A stretch of DNA of 64,000 bases from Emiliania huxleyi CCMP1516 (lineage: Eukaryota), in NCBI RefSeq assembly GCF_000372725.1, contig NW_005202428.1, forward strand, positions 586,679 to 650,678, written 5' to 3'. The notes below the pieces were generated by a model. That model ran no database searches and was not told the DNA's origin. It saw only the letters and a list, made by a program, of their open reading frames with translations. Below, piece by piece: positions 35,636 to 47,053 of the stretch; within the stretch, counting starts at the first letter, position 1, and the number at the start of each line of letters is the position of its first letter. The translations under genes and the position numbers were made by a program.

Positions 35636-35839
35636 GATGCGGCTGCAACCGTGCCGTGACCGGGCCCGCGCGAGGCGGGACACAAACAAAAGTCGGGCCC
35701 TCTGTCAAAAAAGAAAAATGCGCGCGATCTATCTATCTAAGTGTGTTATGGCCTCCCACCGCATCGGCGCGCGCGTCGCGGGCCTCTCGCCAGCGCAGCT
35801 GTGCGCCATCATCGAGGCGCAGGCGCATCGGCGGCGAAG

Positions 35840-35923
35840 GCAGCGATAGCGAGTTTGTTGTCAACTCGGTCTCGGAGCTGGGGGTTGGATGGCCGCGCCG
35901 CCGCCGCGCCGGAGGCGGCGGAG

Positions 35924-35955
<32 letters not shown>

Positions 35956-36700
35956 AGGAGGCGAGGACGAGGGTGAGGACTGAGGAGAGCGGTGATGGCC
36001 CACGCCCTGTCGGCGGGGCAGCGTGCGGGGCTGGGCTGCGTGGGCGTGGAGTGGTGATGACGATCCCCATCCGGCGAGGGGCGTGGCATGTGGCGAGGAG
36101 CCAAGGCTGGAAGCGGGTACGCGCCTGGACCGCCACGTTCGGGCGCCGCGCCGTCGATCAGGGCGTTCGTCTCGGGGTCGTAGATGGGGTCGGTGGAGCG
36201 GGTCCACGCCTCTGCCGCGAGCAACGAGTCGGCGACGAGTTGGAGCGAGGCGGTGACAACGCAGGCCCCCGCCGTGAGGAGGGAGGGCTTGGCGTGGCCG
36301 CGCAGCAGGGAGAGCGCGAGGGCCGTGGTGAGGAGGGTGCCGGCCAGCGCGGCTGCGGGGACGTAGAACCCGCCCGGTAGCGTATCATGTGGGGCAATGC
36401 CGAACAGGGGCGGCTGGAGCGGCGGGGCCGACGGCAGAGGCGGCAAGCCCGGAGGTTGCGGCAGCAGCGGCGGCAAGGGTGGCGGCGAGGGGGGTGGCGG
36501 AGGGGCCGGAGGCGACGGGCTCGGCGGAGGGTCAGGCGGCGACGTAGGCCAGAAATTCTCGCACGCCGGCTCCAAGTCGGTGTATCCTTTCGCGTGCGCC
36601 AGCTTGCAAACGGATTGCGCGATGTGTCGGCTGCCTCGCTCGGCGGAGGCGGTGGCCGACCGGGCGACGGAGGAGTCGCCATGCCGAAGGCGGCGCCGCA
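35840..36700 (-). CDS. Proline-rich (PSPPP) membrane protein fragment, hypothetical
   Basis: CKLAHAKGYTDLEPACENFW + PSPPAPPPPPSPPP + hydrophobic segments. Confidence 0.4.
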
Positions 36701-36949
36701 AAGGGCGAGAGGCCGTTTGAGTCGCCTCCTTTTTTATTACGGCGGTCAGACGCTGTTTGCCAAAAAATATTATAAACCCCGCGCACAACACAGGATACAT
36801 TCGTGACACGTGACTTTTGCTGAGCCTGAGGTGGTTCGCCCGGCAGGAAGATATGATAGAAGATTTTGAAATACATTTCGCAACCGTGGTGGTGAGAATG
36901 AATGAAGAACAGATGTCATGACAGATGTATATGAGCCCGCGCGCTCAGC

Positions 36950-38542
36950 TCACTCGTCCCACACGTACTGGTGGATGAAGGGCATGTCCCACATATAGAG
37001 GCTGATGGCGAGGCGCCCAAACAGCAGCAGCACACACGTTGTGGACATGCCCTCGAGCAGGCAACGAGTGGCGTGCAGCGCCGCCAGCCCGGCGCGGCCC
37101 GAACAGATCCGTACCGTCGCTGCCGCGCGGTGGCGGATCGACGCTCGGAGCGAGGAGACCGTGCGCGGGATGCGAGGCTCCTCGGCGCCACCCACCTCGC
37201 CGCTCGCCGAGGACGCGGTGCGTCGCATCGCCTCGCTCCGGTTGGCGCGGGAGAGGCCGAGCGTGTAGGGGAGGCCGACCATCTCCTCGGCGAGGCGCGT
37301 GCACAGCGGCGTGAGGCAGCAGAGGCCGAAGCAGGCGAGGACCAGGTTGTCGCAGGTGGCGCGCTGGCAGACAAAGAACATGAGAAACAATAGCACCAGC
37401 GCCGTCGCAGCGTGGCAAAGAGACTTCCGCTTGATGTTAACGAGGGTGTTGCGGTCGCCGGCCGCGGTGGCAAAGTTGTCAATCGCGAGCTTGTCGGCGG
37501 CGGAGAGAAGTACGTGTGGCACCTCGTCGTCGATCGTGAGGACGAAGCATACCGCGACGCCATTCAAGAGCACGCCCGTCGCGTCCACGCCCCCCTGAAT
37601 GATGAGCAGCACCATGGCGAGGCTGACGCTCGGCAGCAGCGCTTCGAGCGACATCTCGAGCACGACGAAGGAGAGCGCACGCAGAGAGCGCCACGGCGGA
37701 GGGAGGAGCAGGACGCGCAGGTGCCGGTTGAGAAGCTGCTGCTGACGGTCGGCAGCGATCGCGAGGCAGACGAGTACGAACCCGGTGACGACGACCACAA
37801 AGTCGAGGGCGCCAAACTTATGGAGAGCCTCCTGCACGTGAAGGCAGTGCGAGAAGTCTTGGCTCTGGACTGAGAGCCAGGCGCTGACGAAGGGAGTACG
37901 CGAGGCGTCGACGAAGTTTTGGCACCACTCGTACGCGCTGGCTGCGATTGGGTAGAGGTCGCCGGTGAGCGCCGGAGTGAACTCGTACGTCGTCCGGTTC
38001 CAGTGCGTGTCGAACCCCAACGCCGTCTCCACGGGGGACAGACTCCACTCTTGGTCGCCGTCGCCGACGATGTTGGCGCAGTCGGCGCAAAAGTACTGCG
38101 GCGACCGCTCGTTGACTCGGATGCACGCCGTCCCGAGGGCACAGTCTTGGTCGTAGACGCACTTTGTCCAAGCGCTGCCAAACGCGATCGAGTGCAGTGC
38201 GAAGATCTGCAGCAGCGCAAACGCCAGCGGCACAGTCGACCACAAGCACTGCGCTGACCGCTTGCGAGACACGACGGCGTGGAGAACTGCTACGCCATAC
38301 AGGTTGACCGAACCTCCCTCGGCGTCTTCAGTTCTCAACGCCGTCGCCAGATCGCTCAGCCGCCCAGCGAGCCTGCGAGACTGCGCCGCAGTCGATGCGA
38401 CCGGCAGCACACGCACGGACGGAACTTTTGGGCGATAGGACCTGACGTGCGAAAGGCCCCTCTTCGACTGCTCAACGGAGGTAGAGAATATGCGCTGCAT
38501 GATCTCGACAGCGGGCACGCTGCGAGCCACGCTGTCTCGCAA
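36950..38542 (-). CDS. Hypothetical multi-pass membrane protein with a Cys-rich luminal loop
   Basis: 530-aa intronless ORF with several hydrophobic helices, KCVYDQDCALGTAC...FCADC loop and LLNGVAVCFVLTIDD. Confidence 0.7.
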   Translation of the reverse strand: MRDSVARSVPAVEIMQRIFSTSVEQSKRGLSHVRSYRPKVPSVRVLPVASTAAQSRRLAGRLSDLATALRTEDAEGGSVNLYGVAVLHAVVSRKRSAQCLWSTVPLAFALLQIFALHSIAFGSAWTKCVYDQDCALGTACIRVNERSPQYFCADCANIVGDGDQEWSLSPVETALGFDTHWNRTTYEFTPALTGDLYPIAASAYEWCQNFVDASRTPFVSAWLSVQSQDFSHCLHVQEALHKFGALDFVVVVTGFVLVCLAIAADRQQQLLNRHLRVLLLPPPWRSLRALSFVVLEMSLEALLPSVSLAMVLLIIQGGVDATGVLLNGVAVCFVLTIDDEVPHVLLSAADKLAIDNFATAAGDRNTLVNIKRKSLCHAATALVLLFLMFFVCQRATCDNLVLACFGLCCLTPLCTRLAEEMVGLPYTLGLSRANRSEAMRRTASSASGEVGGAEEPRIPRTVSSLRASIRHRAAATVRICSGRAGLAALHATRCLLEGMSTTCVLLLFGRLAISLYMWDMPFIHQYVWDE

Positions 38543-40140
38543 ATGCGGCTTCGACGTGCAAGCTGTCTCGCAAATTCGGCGGGGCCTAGCGCTGTAGGTT
38601 TATCTGGTATCCTTTGGTTGCGTTGTTGGCCGCGTTGAGCGAGTAAGGTTTTTTTCAATTTCTGACTTCCCATGTACTTCCCCCAATGCCTCGCACAACA
38701 CTGGCCACGGGACTGGCGCGCACTGACTGACTGAGGGCCCAACTTGAGAATCGTGCTTTGAGTTGGGTTGTTTCGTGTTGGGTTGGGTTGTGGTTGGGTT
38801 GGGTTGTCCGCGTGAGGTTGGGTCGTCGGCGCGAAGGGTGAGGTCTCGACCGCCGCCGCTCACGCCAGCGGACGGCCACTGCCGGTGTTTTTGGCTTCGC
38901 CACCGTCCAAGGCGTGCGCCATGCGCTCGCCGGCATCGAGCGAGCAACGTGATCGACCGAGCGGCTTGCTGTGTGGCCGCCTTCTTGTGGCTCTCGTCGA
39001 GAGCGTTTTGCGTCCCGGCGGGTGGGAGAATGTGTGTCGTCTGAAGTGTCACTGTGTGCGTCACATCGATGTGGATAACAAGCACGGTCGATCCGTCAAA
39101 GCGATACACTCGTTCCTATCACGCTGGAAGGCTTGCACGGAGCTCTGTGCCGGCACTAACTAACACACAGGTACACAAACAACTCTAACACTCACACGTG
39201 AGTGTTAAGAGTTGTTTGGTATTGCTAAAAATCTCTCTCTCTCTCTCTCTCACGTACGTCATTTGTGGGGCCTGGTACACCTGTGAAAAAGAATTTTTAC
39301 CAGCAAAACAAACAACTGTGAGTGTTGAGAGAGAGAGATTTTTATTAACCATGTGTTAGAGTGGTTTGGTATTGCTAAAAATCTCTCTCTCTCTCTCCAG
39401 CAAACTCTCCCTCGCACGACAGCGGGTACGGGACTGGCACTACAAAGGACAATCAAAAAAGAATTTCATGCAACCTCCGCATGCGCAGATGCGCCCAACT
39501 CGAGCAGCTCATTCTTGTGCTCCACGTGCACCAAATTCCAGATCTCGACCACCGCGCCGCGATTGCGGCCGTACTCATCGGCTTGCAGCCGCTCGATGGT
39601 TCCCTGGAGCGAGTGTGGCGAGGCGAGAGAGGCTCAGTGGCGAGCGAGATGGGAGCAAAATACAGAGGCGCGTCGGGCGACCTTGAGCGCCGCAACTTCC
39701 CTCGCGCGCGCCTCGTCCTCCCTCGCGTCGAGCTGCGCCACCCGTGTGTCGTGGGCCTGTTGGGAGGAGCGGGGTGGATCGGCAGCGCGGCGGCGGCTCG
39801 GTCATGAGAGGAAGCGGCAAGCGGCGACGTCAGGGTGCCGGAGAGTCGGCGAGGGGCTACCAGGGCGGAGGCGGATCGCCTGGGTCAGCGCGTTCGTCAG
39901 CGTCTCCCGATCGCCGAGCAGCGTCCTCACCTCCTCCGGCACCGCCTCATCCTCCGGGCTGCCCGCCTCGCGCGCCGCCTCCTCCTCTGCGAGCTCCGAC
40001 GCGGCCGCCTCGGGAGGTTGGGTCAACGGACACGGTCAAGAGGGTACACGTACTGCACACGGCAAATTCTCACGCAGTGGCGTTTGGGAGGCCGATGCGC
40101 GTGGCGGCATGGGCGTGGCGCGGTAGTCACGCTGGAGGGA

Positions 40141-40880
40141 CGTGGCCGGATGGTCGAGATCCTGCTGCAGCGCGGCGTGGAGGTCAACTTGCAGAACAGC
40201 AATGGCGTCACCGCGCTGATGGCCGCCGCCGCCAACGGCCACTTCACAACCGTGCTTCGCCTGCTGCGAGCGGGCGCCGATACGACGGCGTACAATGCGG
40301 GCGGCAGGACGGCGCTGCAGATGGCCGAAGAGAGGGGCCACAGCGAGTGTGTGCGCGCCCTCGAGGAGCACGCGGCAGCGCAGGCAGTGGCGAGGGAGGT
40401 GGTGAGTGCGGCGGCAGAGGCGGAGGCGGCGCGGCATGCCGAGGCGCTGCTGGCGGAGGAGGAGGCGGAGAAGGAGAGCAAGGAGAGCAAGAAGGGGAAG
40501 AAGAAGAAGAAGGGGAAGGTCTAGAAAGGGTGGCGGGGGCGGCGCTGGGCCGTCGGCGTCGCGGGAACCCGAGGATGAGGCAGCGCTGGCGGCGGCGCTC
40601 GAGGAGAGCGCGAGGCTGGAGGAGGAGAGGCGGGAGCCCGACGAGCAAGTGCCGTCCTCTTTGGCTGCAGAGGGGCTGCTTTCGGTGGAGGAGGAGGAGC
40701 CACCGGCTGACTTCATCTGCCCGATCAGCAATCACAACCGAGATAATGAGCGACCCGGTGATGGCGGCGGACGGGCATGCTTACGAGCGGACGGCGATCG
40801 AGCGCTGGCTCGCGACCAAGTCGACGAGCCCGATGACTGGCGGCGAGCTTGAGCACATGGATGGGCCTCTCCCCGCACCA
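40141..40880 (+). pseudogene. Ankyrin-repeat + U-box gene, frameshifted
   Basis: Ankyrin GVEVNLQNSNGVTALMAAAANGH..GRTALQMAEERGH; KKKKK linker; U-box PADFICPI/ITTEIMSDPVMAADGHAYERTAIERWL..TSPMTG split over three frames. Confidence 0.8.
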
Positions 40881-41168
40881 CATGCTGCGCCGGATGCATC
40901 CAGGAAGCAGGTTGTGCGGCGTTTTATGGGGGTGCGCGTTTGGAGGGGCGTTGTTAATGGTTCGATCCTCCCCAGAGTCGAACTGGCAGCCACTCGCACC
41001 AAGGAGGCGAGGTGTGGCTACGTGACCCGAAAAGGCCAGAGTCGGGAGCAACCCTCGAGGTGGGTCGCTCATATACTCAACAGGCATGAAAAAACAAAAA
41101 AAGCATCAATCGTGAATTCTTTTCCGAGCTGCTCGCTGCAAAGGCGCACTGCCGGTCGTAACACAGCG

Positions 41169-42577
41169 ATGCAGGCACTCCTGTGCCGACGACCTCGAGC
41201 TGCGCTCCGCCACCTCCCGCCGGCCACCCGCGCTTATCTCGCCGCAGGACAGCAGCAGGTCGCGCCGTCCGGCGCGCGCGCCAAGATCGCCGCCTGGATC
41301 GTCGGCGGCTCACCGCTGTACACCGAGGTCATCGCACGGCAAGGCTTTGACGCCGTCGTGGTGGACCAGCAGCACGGCACCGGCGAGGTGGTGCCGCTGC
41401 TGCAGGCGATCGACGCCGCGCGCGACGCGGCAGGTAACGCGCCGCTCGCCGTCGTCCGCATCGAAGAGCTCTCCGACGGCGCGATCGCCAAGGCGCTCGA
41501 CGCCGGCGCCGCCGCCCTCATCTGCCCGATGATCAACTCGGTGGAGGAGTGCGAGGCCTTTGTGCGAGCGACCAAATTCCCACCCGCCGGGCACCGGTCG
41601 TACGGCCCACACCGCGCAGCGCTGGGGTGGGAGGGCAGCCGGGGCGACTGGACTCGGGCGTCGAACACGTGCGTGCAGAGTTTTGCGATGCTTGAGACAC
41701 GAGGCGCGGCGGAGTAGCCGAGCCTCCCCATGGCCTTCCAACGCCGCATCGTACTGGCCGCGGTCCTAGAGCTGCGATCCTGGCCGCGCACGCACCGAGA
41801 TGCAGCACAGGAGTCTCCCCATATCTCCCCATATCTCCCCATATCTCGCCACCTCGAGATGCAGCACATGCGTCTCGCATTGCATTGCCTCTCGGCGGCT
41901 CCCTGGCTGCTCCTCGCCGGAAGCGACCGTTCCTGGAGCCTTGCTGCAGGCGCGCTCGAGGACCTGGACGCGATCCTGAGCGTGGACGGGCTCAGCGGCA
42001 TCTTCGTCGGGCCTAACGACTTGGTGCGAGATATGGGGAGATATGGGGAGATATTCATCGGTCCTAACGACTTGGTGCGCGGCGGACGTCGGCTCCCGAG
42101 CGAGAGCGCCCTATGAGGGGGGAGAGCGCCCCAGTGTTCGGGACAGAACCAGTATCACCCCGAGCTAGAGCGCCCCACGGGTCGGGACAGGACCACTCTG
42201 CGCCACTCCCGAGCACACCGCCACACCGCCACCGCCACCGCCACCGCCCACGGCACCGCCACCGCCAGCAGCGGCACCGCCACCGGCGCGGCACCGGGCT
42301 CGCGGAGACCTGCCTCCGCCTGCTCCCTTGCGCACAGGGCCTTGCGCTCGGCCACGACCCGACCGACTCGCCCGAGGGAGAGGTGCTGGAGGCGGTGCGC
42401 CACGCTCTCCGCCTCGCTCACGCACACGGACGGCAGGCGGCCATCTTTTGCGCCGACCCCGCCACCGCGCGCCGCATGGCCGACGAGGGTTTCGACCTCG
42501 TCGTCGCCGGGATCGACCTGGGATGGGCTGCGAGCGGCGCGGCCAGCGCTCTCGCGGGAGTAAGGGGCGCGTCCTAA
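41169..42577 (+). CDS. HpcH/HpaI aldolase family protein, multi-exon, with a possible mitochondrial presequence
   Basis: GFDAVVVDQQHG, KALDAGAAALICPMINS, PPAGHRSYGP, AMLET, LDAILSVDGLSGIFVGPNDL, GFDLVVAGID. Confidence 0.9.
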
Positions 42578-42756
42578 CAGCGAGCGGGCTTCCTAGCCTA
42601 CGCCGGGCCTCGCCGGCTCGATGGTGGACGATTTTTTACATAGAACATGAATACACAAAAAGGTAAAGTAAGGTAGGTTTTGGTAAGGTAAATTTCTCCA
42701 CACATCACACAAAGTGATCTGCGTTCTTTCTTTCAAGCCGGAAGCGCCGGCTCCGC

Positions 42757-45329
42757 TCAGAGCAGGGTGCAAGCGCCGCTCTTTGCCGGCGCAGGCGGCG
42801 CAGGCGGCGCAGGCGGCGCGGGCGGCGCGGGCGCTGCCGCTGGAGCACGTGGTGGTGTTAGATTGCTTTCGTCGGGTTCGGGCACGCTGTATGCTAGGCG
42901 GGCGCGCGACTTGTCGCCAGGCGCCAGACTGACCTTGTCAGCTGCGTAATGCGGCGCCATCACCTCGGTCGGAGTGTGAGAGTGCGTGAGCCCGAGAGTG
43001 TGGCCGATCTCGTGCAGGAGGACGGGCGCAAGGTAGAAGCTGGGTGGCGCACCCTTGGGCTCCTCGGAGCGAGCGAGCTTCTCCCAGCCCACACCGTGCA
43101 GCAGCCATCGCTCCGCCGAGTCAAACACGATGCTCGAAGCGTTCGCCTCTGCGAGGTGGCCGCCGGGTCCGTCAAACTTCTTCTGGTTGACCTTGGAGTG
43201 GTCGGCCCAGCCGATAACGAGCTGCGCGTCGTCGGCGCGCTCCGCGGGCAGCCGCTCAAACTCGAGCCCACTCGCAGTAGGACCAGCCCACGCTGCAAAG
43301 CACTGGGCGACCTCGTTAAGCAGCATTCCCCGGTTCAGGTAGCCGGGCGCCTCCTCCACCGCATACGTCACCGTCGAGCCGGGCGGGAAAGTGGGCGTGT
43401 CATCGACCTCATGGTCCTCGTCCTCAAAGTCGTTCGACGGCGCGAAGGACGGCCCTCCACCCTTGAGCACGGGTGGTGGGATTGCCGACGGCCATGTATT
43501 CCTCCTCCTCGTCGACGGCGACCACCTTTACCACCGCATCTGCCGCGGAGAGGCCGAGGGCCTTCAGCCGCGCCGACACGTCGATACGCACGTCAAACGG
43601 ATCCGAGTTTTGGCAGTTCGTACAGACATCAGCCTTACCCGCGAAGACGCCGCCCAGCCCCGCATAGTTGGGGTCGTCCATAATACTCGCAATGGTGGGG
43701 CCGAGCGGTGGCGTCGTCGCCTCGGCGCCGGTAGGGTAGATGAATGCGTGGAGCGTGTATGAGCACGGCAGCGCGTTGATGTCGACGTCCTCAAAGACCG
43801 CGTACACGGGCCGTTCCGTCATGGCTTGGGCTGGGCGCAGGTGCAGCGCGTCGTACACGTAGTCGCCGTAGCGCGCAATGTCAAACGTGTGTCGCGGATA
43901 GAACTTCCTGTTCCCGCGGGCGCCGCCCGGCAAGTAGAAGGGTTTGAGCCACTCATCGTATCTGTCGTGAGTTCCCTTGCGCCGGTTTACAAATCGCGAG
44001 CGCTCCTGATTGGCTTCAAATTCGCGTTGGGAATCTGGGTTGTTCTCCAGGTACGCCTCATACAGCCGATCGATGTTGCAGTGGTGCAGCCAGAAGAGAG
44101 GGTGAAATGCGGCGTGCATCAGGGACTTCATCGGGAAGCCGCTGAGCACATGGATGAGGTCATGCGGCGTCTCCACGGAATCTCGGCTGGAGGTGCCGTA
44201 CGTCGAGGCCGCGCGGTAGTGCTGGCGAATCCAGAGCGCGTCGCCAATCTTTTCGGGGAGGCGTTGGCTCTCGATCGTCCTCTTTAGATCCGCGTCGTCG
44301 GCGATGGCGTACCCCTCATCCCAGAGCCGCTTGCGCTGATGCGCCGCGCCGCCTGGCGGTAAGCTCTCGTCGAGGAGAGCGCGCGGCACGGCGGTCCCGT
44401 TGCCAAAGTGCTCCTTGACAATGGACGGGACGACCTGTTGGAAACAAGGCGGAGGCGCGCGATTTCATGGCGAGGTCGACAAACAGGGAGGTCGACAAAC
44501 ACACTGCGGGGGCAATAGTAAGGTTTGAACGAGACCTGGCCGTTGAGCTCGGGCCGCGCAAGGACGTCCCAATACGGCAGACCGATGTGTCCGTCGTTGC
44601 CCAGCGCGCGATCGGCATCGCGCAGCGACTGCTCAAAGGCTATCAAGTACGCGCGGTGCCAGCCCGGGAAGGTCTCCTGACGGTGCTCGCAGTAGCTGTA
44701 GTTTCGCTCGGCGCCGTTGCCGGGCCAGCCGTGGTATCCCGCCAGGCGGAAGAATTCGGAGCTCTCCGGCCCGCTCGTGTTCTCCATCATCTTCTTGACA
44801 GCCGCCGCATACCGCTGTTGCTCTTCAGGGCTCATCATTCGGATCTCCTTCCTCGTGACTGGGCCAGCGGTCACGGCCTCGGTCACGGCCTCGGCTTCGG
44901 GCTCGGGCGACGGGCGGAGCGGCAGCTCGACTCTCGACGTGAATGTGACTGTTGACTCGCGTCCACCGGGCACGTGCTCGAGCGGAAGCGTCATTGTGCG
45001 CACCCCGTTTTCCAATTGAAGCTCAAAGGTTGCAGAGCCAAGTGGGTCGTCCTGGCCGCGATCAGAGTCCCACACGCTGACAGTCAGCGTCATGCTGGCG
45101 CCGACTCCATGTGGTAAATTAGCAAGGTACTCTGAGTCCCACGCTGGGTTCTGCGTGGACGTCTGCGTGCGGCCACGCCTTCCCAGCACATTACGGAGGA
45201 AGTTTGTCTCGGCGAGGGTCTCTTTTCCGAGAGACCAGCGCACGTAGGGGTCGCTATCCGATCGCGTGTCCGCCTGGGCAAGTTGGTCGCCGAGACGCGC
45301 GTGAAGCTGATCGAGCCGGCGCGAGCCAT
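42757..45329 (-). CDS. C2 domain + tyrosinase (type-3 copper) + M10 matrixin metalloprotease + CaaX; two apparent 1-nt frameshifts and one intron (44435-44535)
   Basis: C2: SATNLP/ADTRSDSDPYVR..NPAW..VSVWDSDRGQDDPLG. CuA: YHGWP..YCEHRQETFPGWHRAYL..GLPYWD. CuB: PHDLIHV..AAFHPLFWLHHCNIDRL. Shield domain with CTNC. M10: FDGPGGHLAEA..FDSAERW..HEIGHTLGLTHS..VMAPHY. Ends CTLL*. Confidence 0.85.
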
Positions 45330-45925
45330 CCAGCGCGGATCGGTTACGTACGATGAGCCGTCAACCGCAATTTGGCCGCTTTGTGTATGGTCCGACACAT
45401 CTAAAGTGGAAGGGTGGGGTAGGGGAGAAGTACTCTTGAGGGAAACATTGGACCGTCAGGCCCCGGGGACTGGCCAGCCCGACTGACACAACCTTCAGGA
45501 ACACCATTTTGCGGTCCTGAGCGGCCGTCTTGGAGCAGAAGCTTCCCTGCCTCCTTAGCCATGTTGCGGTGCCCTCGCGCCATCTGGTCCTCGCACTGCT
45601 CGCAAGTAAAGCGTCTTCACAGGTCGGCAGATACGCCTCACCTTCAAAAAGGTGGCTGCCTACCCCAAAGCCCAGCCCGGGGCATCGATTTCTCTTGACG
45701 ATTTCACTTTAAAACGCTGGTGCAGATGGGGTTTTCTCTATAGAAGTCGGAGCCTTGCGTCGAAGGAGAGGCAGCGTGCGGCTCCGTGGACTCGGCCATC
45801 ACCCGCGGGTGAGAGGGCGATAGGAAGCACTCCCGCCCTCTGAGGCGGCCGTCCGAGTCGGGGAGGCAAACACACAGCCATCCTCGCGGGTGTGGGCAGC
45901 CTTATCGGCCCGCTATACTAACCCT

Positions 45926-46419
45926 TAAGTCGGCCCTTCCTCGGGTCGGCTTCGGAGGCCCCTTAGCCCTAGCCGGAGCTAAGGGAGCCGGCTTTTTCGG
46001 CGCTAACCCTAGGAGAAACCGCTCCGGAATAGGGTTACCGGCACCATCGGGCGGCGCCATGCGGATGGAGGGAGTCGGGTCTGCCATCGGCGGGCCGTCA
46101 GGGCGCTGAGAAGTCAAGGACGACTTTTTAGCTCCACTTTCGGCGTGCCGGAGTATGCGAGGACAGCCCGTTCTGCCCGTTCGCGGGCTAAGTCGGCCCT
46201 TCCTCGGGTCGGCTTCGGAGGCCCCTTAGCCCTAGCCGGAGCTAAGGGAGCCGGCTTTTTCGGCGCTAACCCTAGGAGAAACCGCTCCGGAATAGGGTTA
46301 CCGGCACCATCGGGCGGCGCCATGCGGATGGAGGGAGTCGGGTCTGCCATCGGCGGGCCGTCAGGGCGCTGAGAAGTCAAGGACGACTTTTTAGCTCCAC
46401 TTTCGGCGTGCCGGAGTAT
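45926..46419. repeat. Two 231-bp direct repeats (45926-46156 and 46189-46419) with a 32-bp spacer
   Basis: Copies appear identical by eye; period 263 bp. Confidence 0.95.
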
Positions 46420-47053
46420 ATCTCGAGACCTCGAGAGAAGGCCGCCCGCAGGGCCCAAGTCAAGAATTGGCTCTCTTTTGGCGGGCAAAACCGCAATTTT
46501 TTTGGCGGACGGGAAATCGATTGTGCACTCTCATAGCAGCCTGTCATGGGCGTGGGCACATGACAGGTCGACAAAAAAGCGTGCAACGTCGTCTCCAAAA
46601 TTTCTTTTAATTAATGTATTAATCAAAAAACGTTGCCACCCTGCGCGCAGAAAAAATCAAAATATGCCACTCTCGTTTTACTTTTAACAATCGTAAATGT
46701 TTTTACATAATCATAAAGTATTATTCGGCTTGACGCGTTTGCACGGGGTACATACATGCACATGTCGGCACCTGCACGAGCTAGAGCCGTTCGACCGTAC
46801 GAGCTCACAATTTGCTCTCCGAGGATCCAGTACACGCCGTACACCTCATGGAGCTGCTGAGGCGGTACGGGGGCGCGCGCTCTACCGTATCGGTTTAGAG
46901 CAGCTGCAGTGGGCGCTGCCTGCGTGACCACCGGCCATGGCGCCGTTGAGCCGTCTCCCGCCGTCGTCCCGGCTGCGGCATCGGCTGCGGCATCGGCGAC
47001 CAGCCTGCCAGCGGCCTGCCAGCAGACTGCGGCGAGGTGCGCGTCCCCTCCCG

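Noticed and set aside
39480..40020. Minus-strand coiled-coil gene fragment
   Set aside because: Coding-like and apparently spliced, but no start or domain could be assigned.
39744..41717. 657-aa ORF suggesting a U-box-aldolase fusion
   Set aside because: Chance read-through across an AT-rich intergenic stretch (about 41080-41130); the aldolase has its own ATG at 41169.
45926..46419. CRISPR array (32-bp spacer between repeats)
   Set aside because: The repeats are 231 bp, there are only two copies, there are no cas genes, and the context is eukaryotic.
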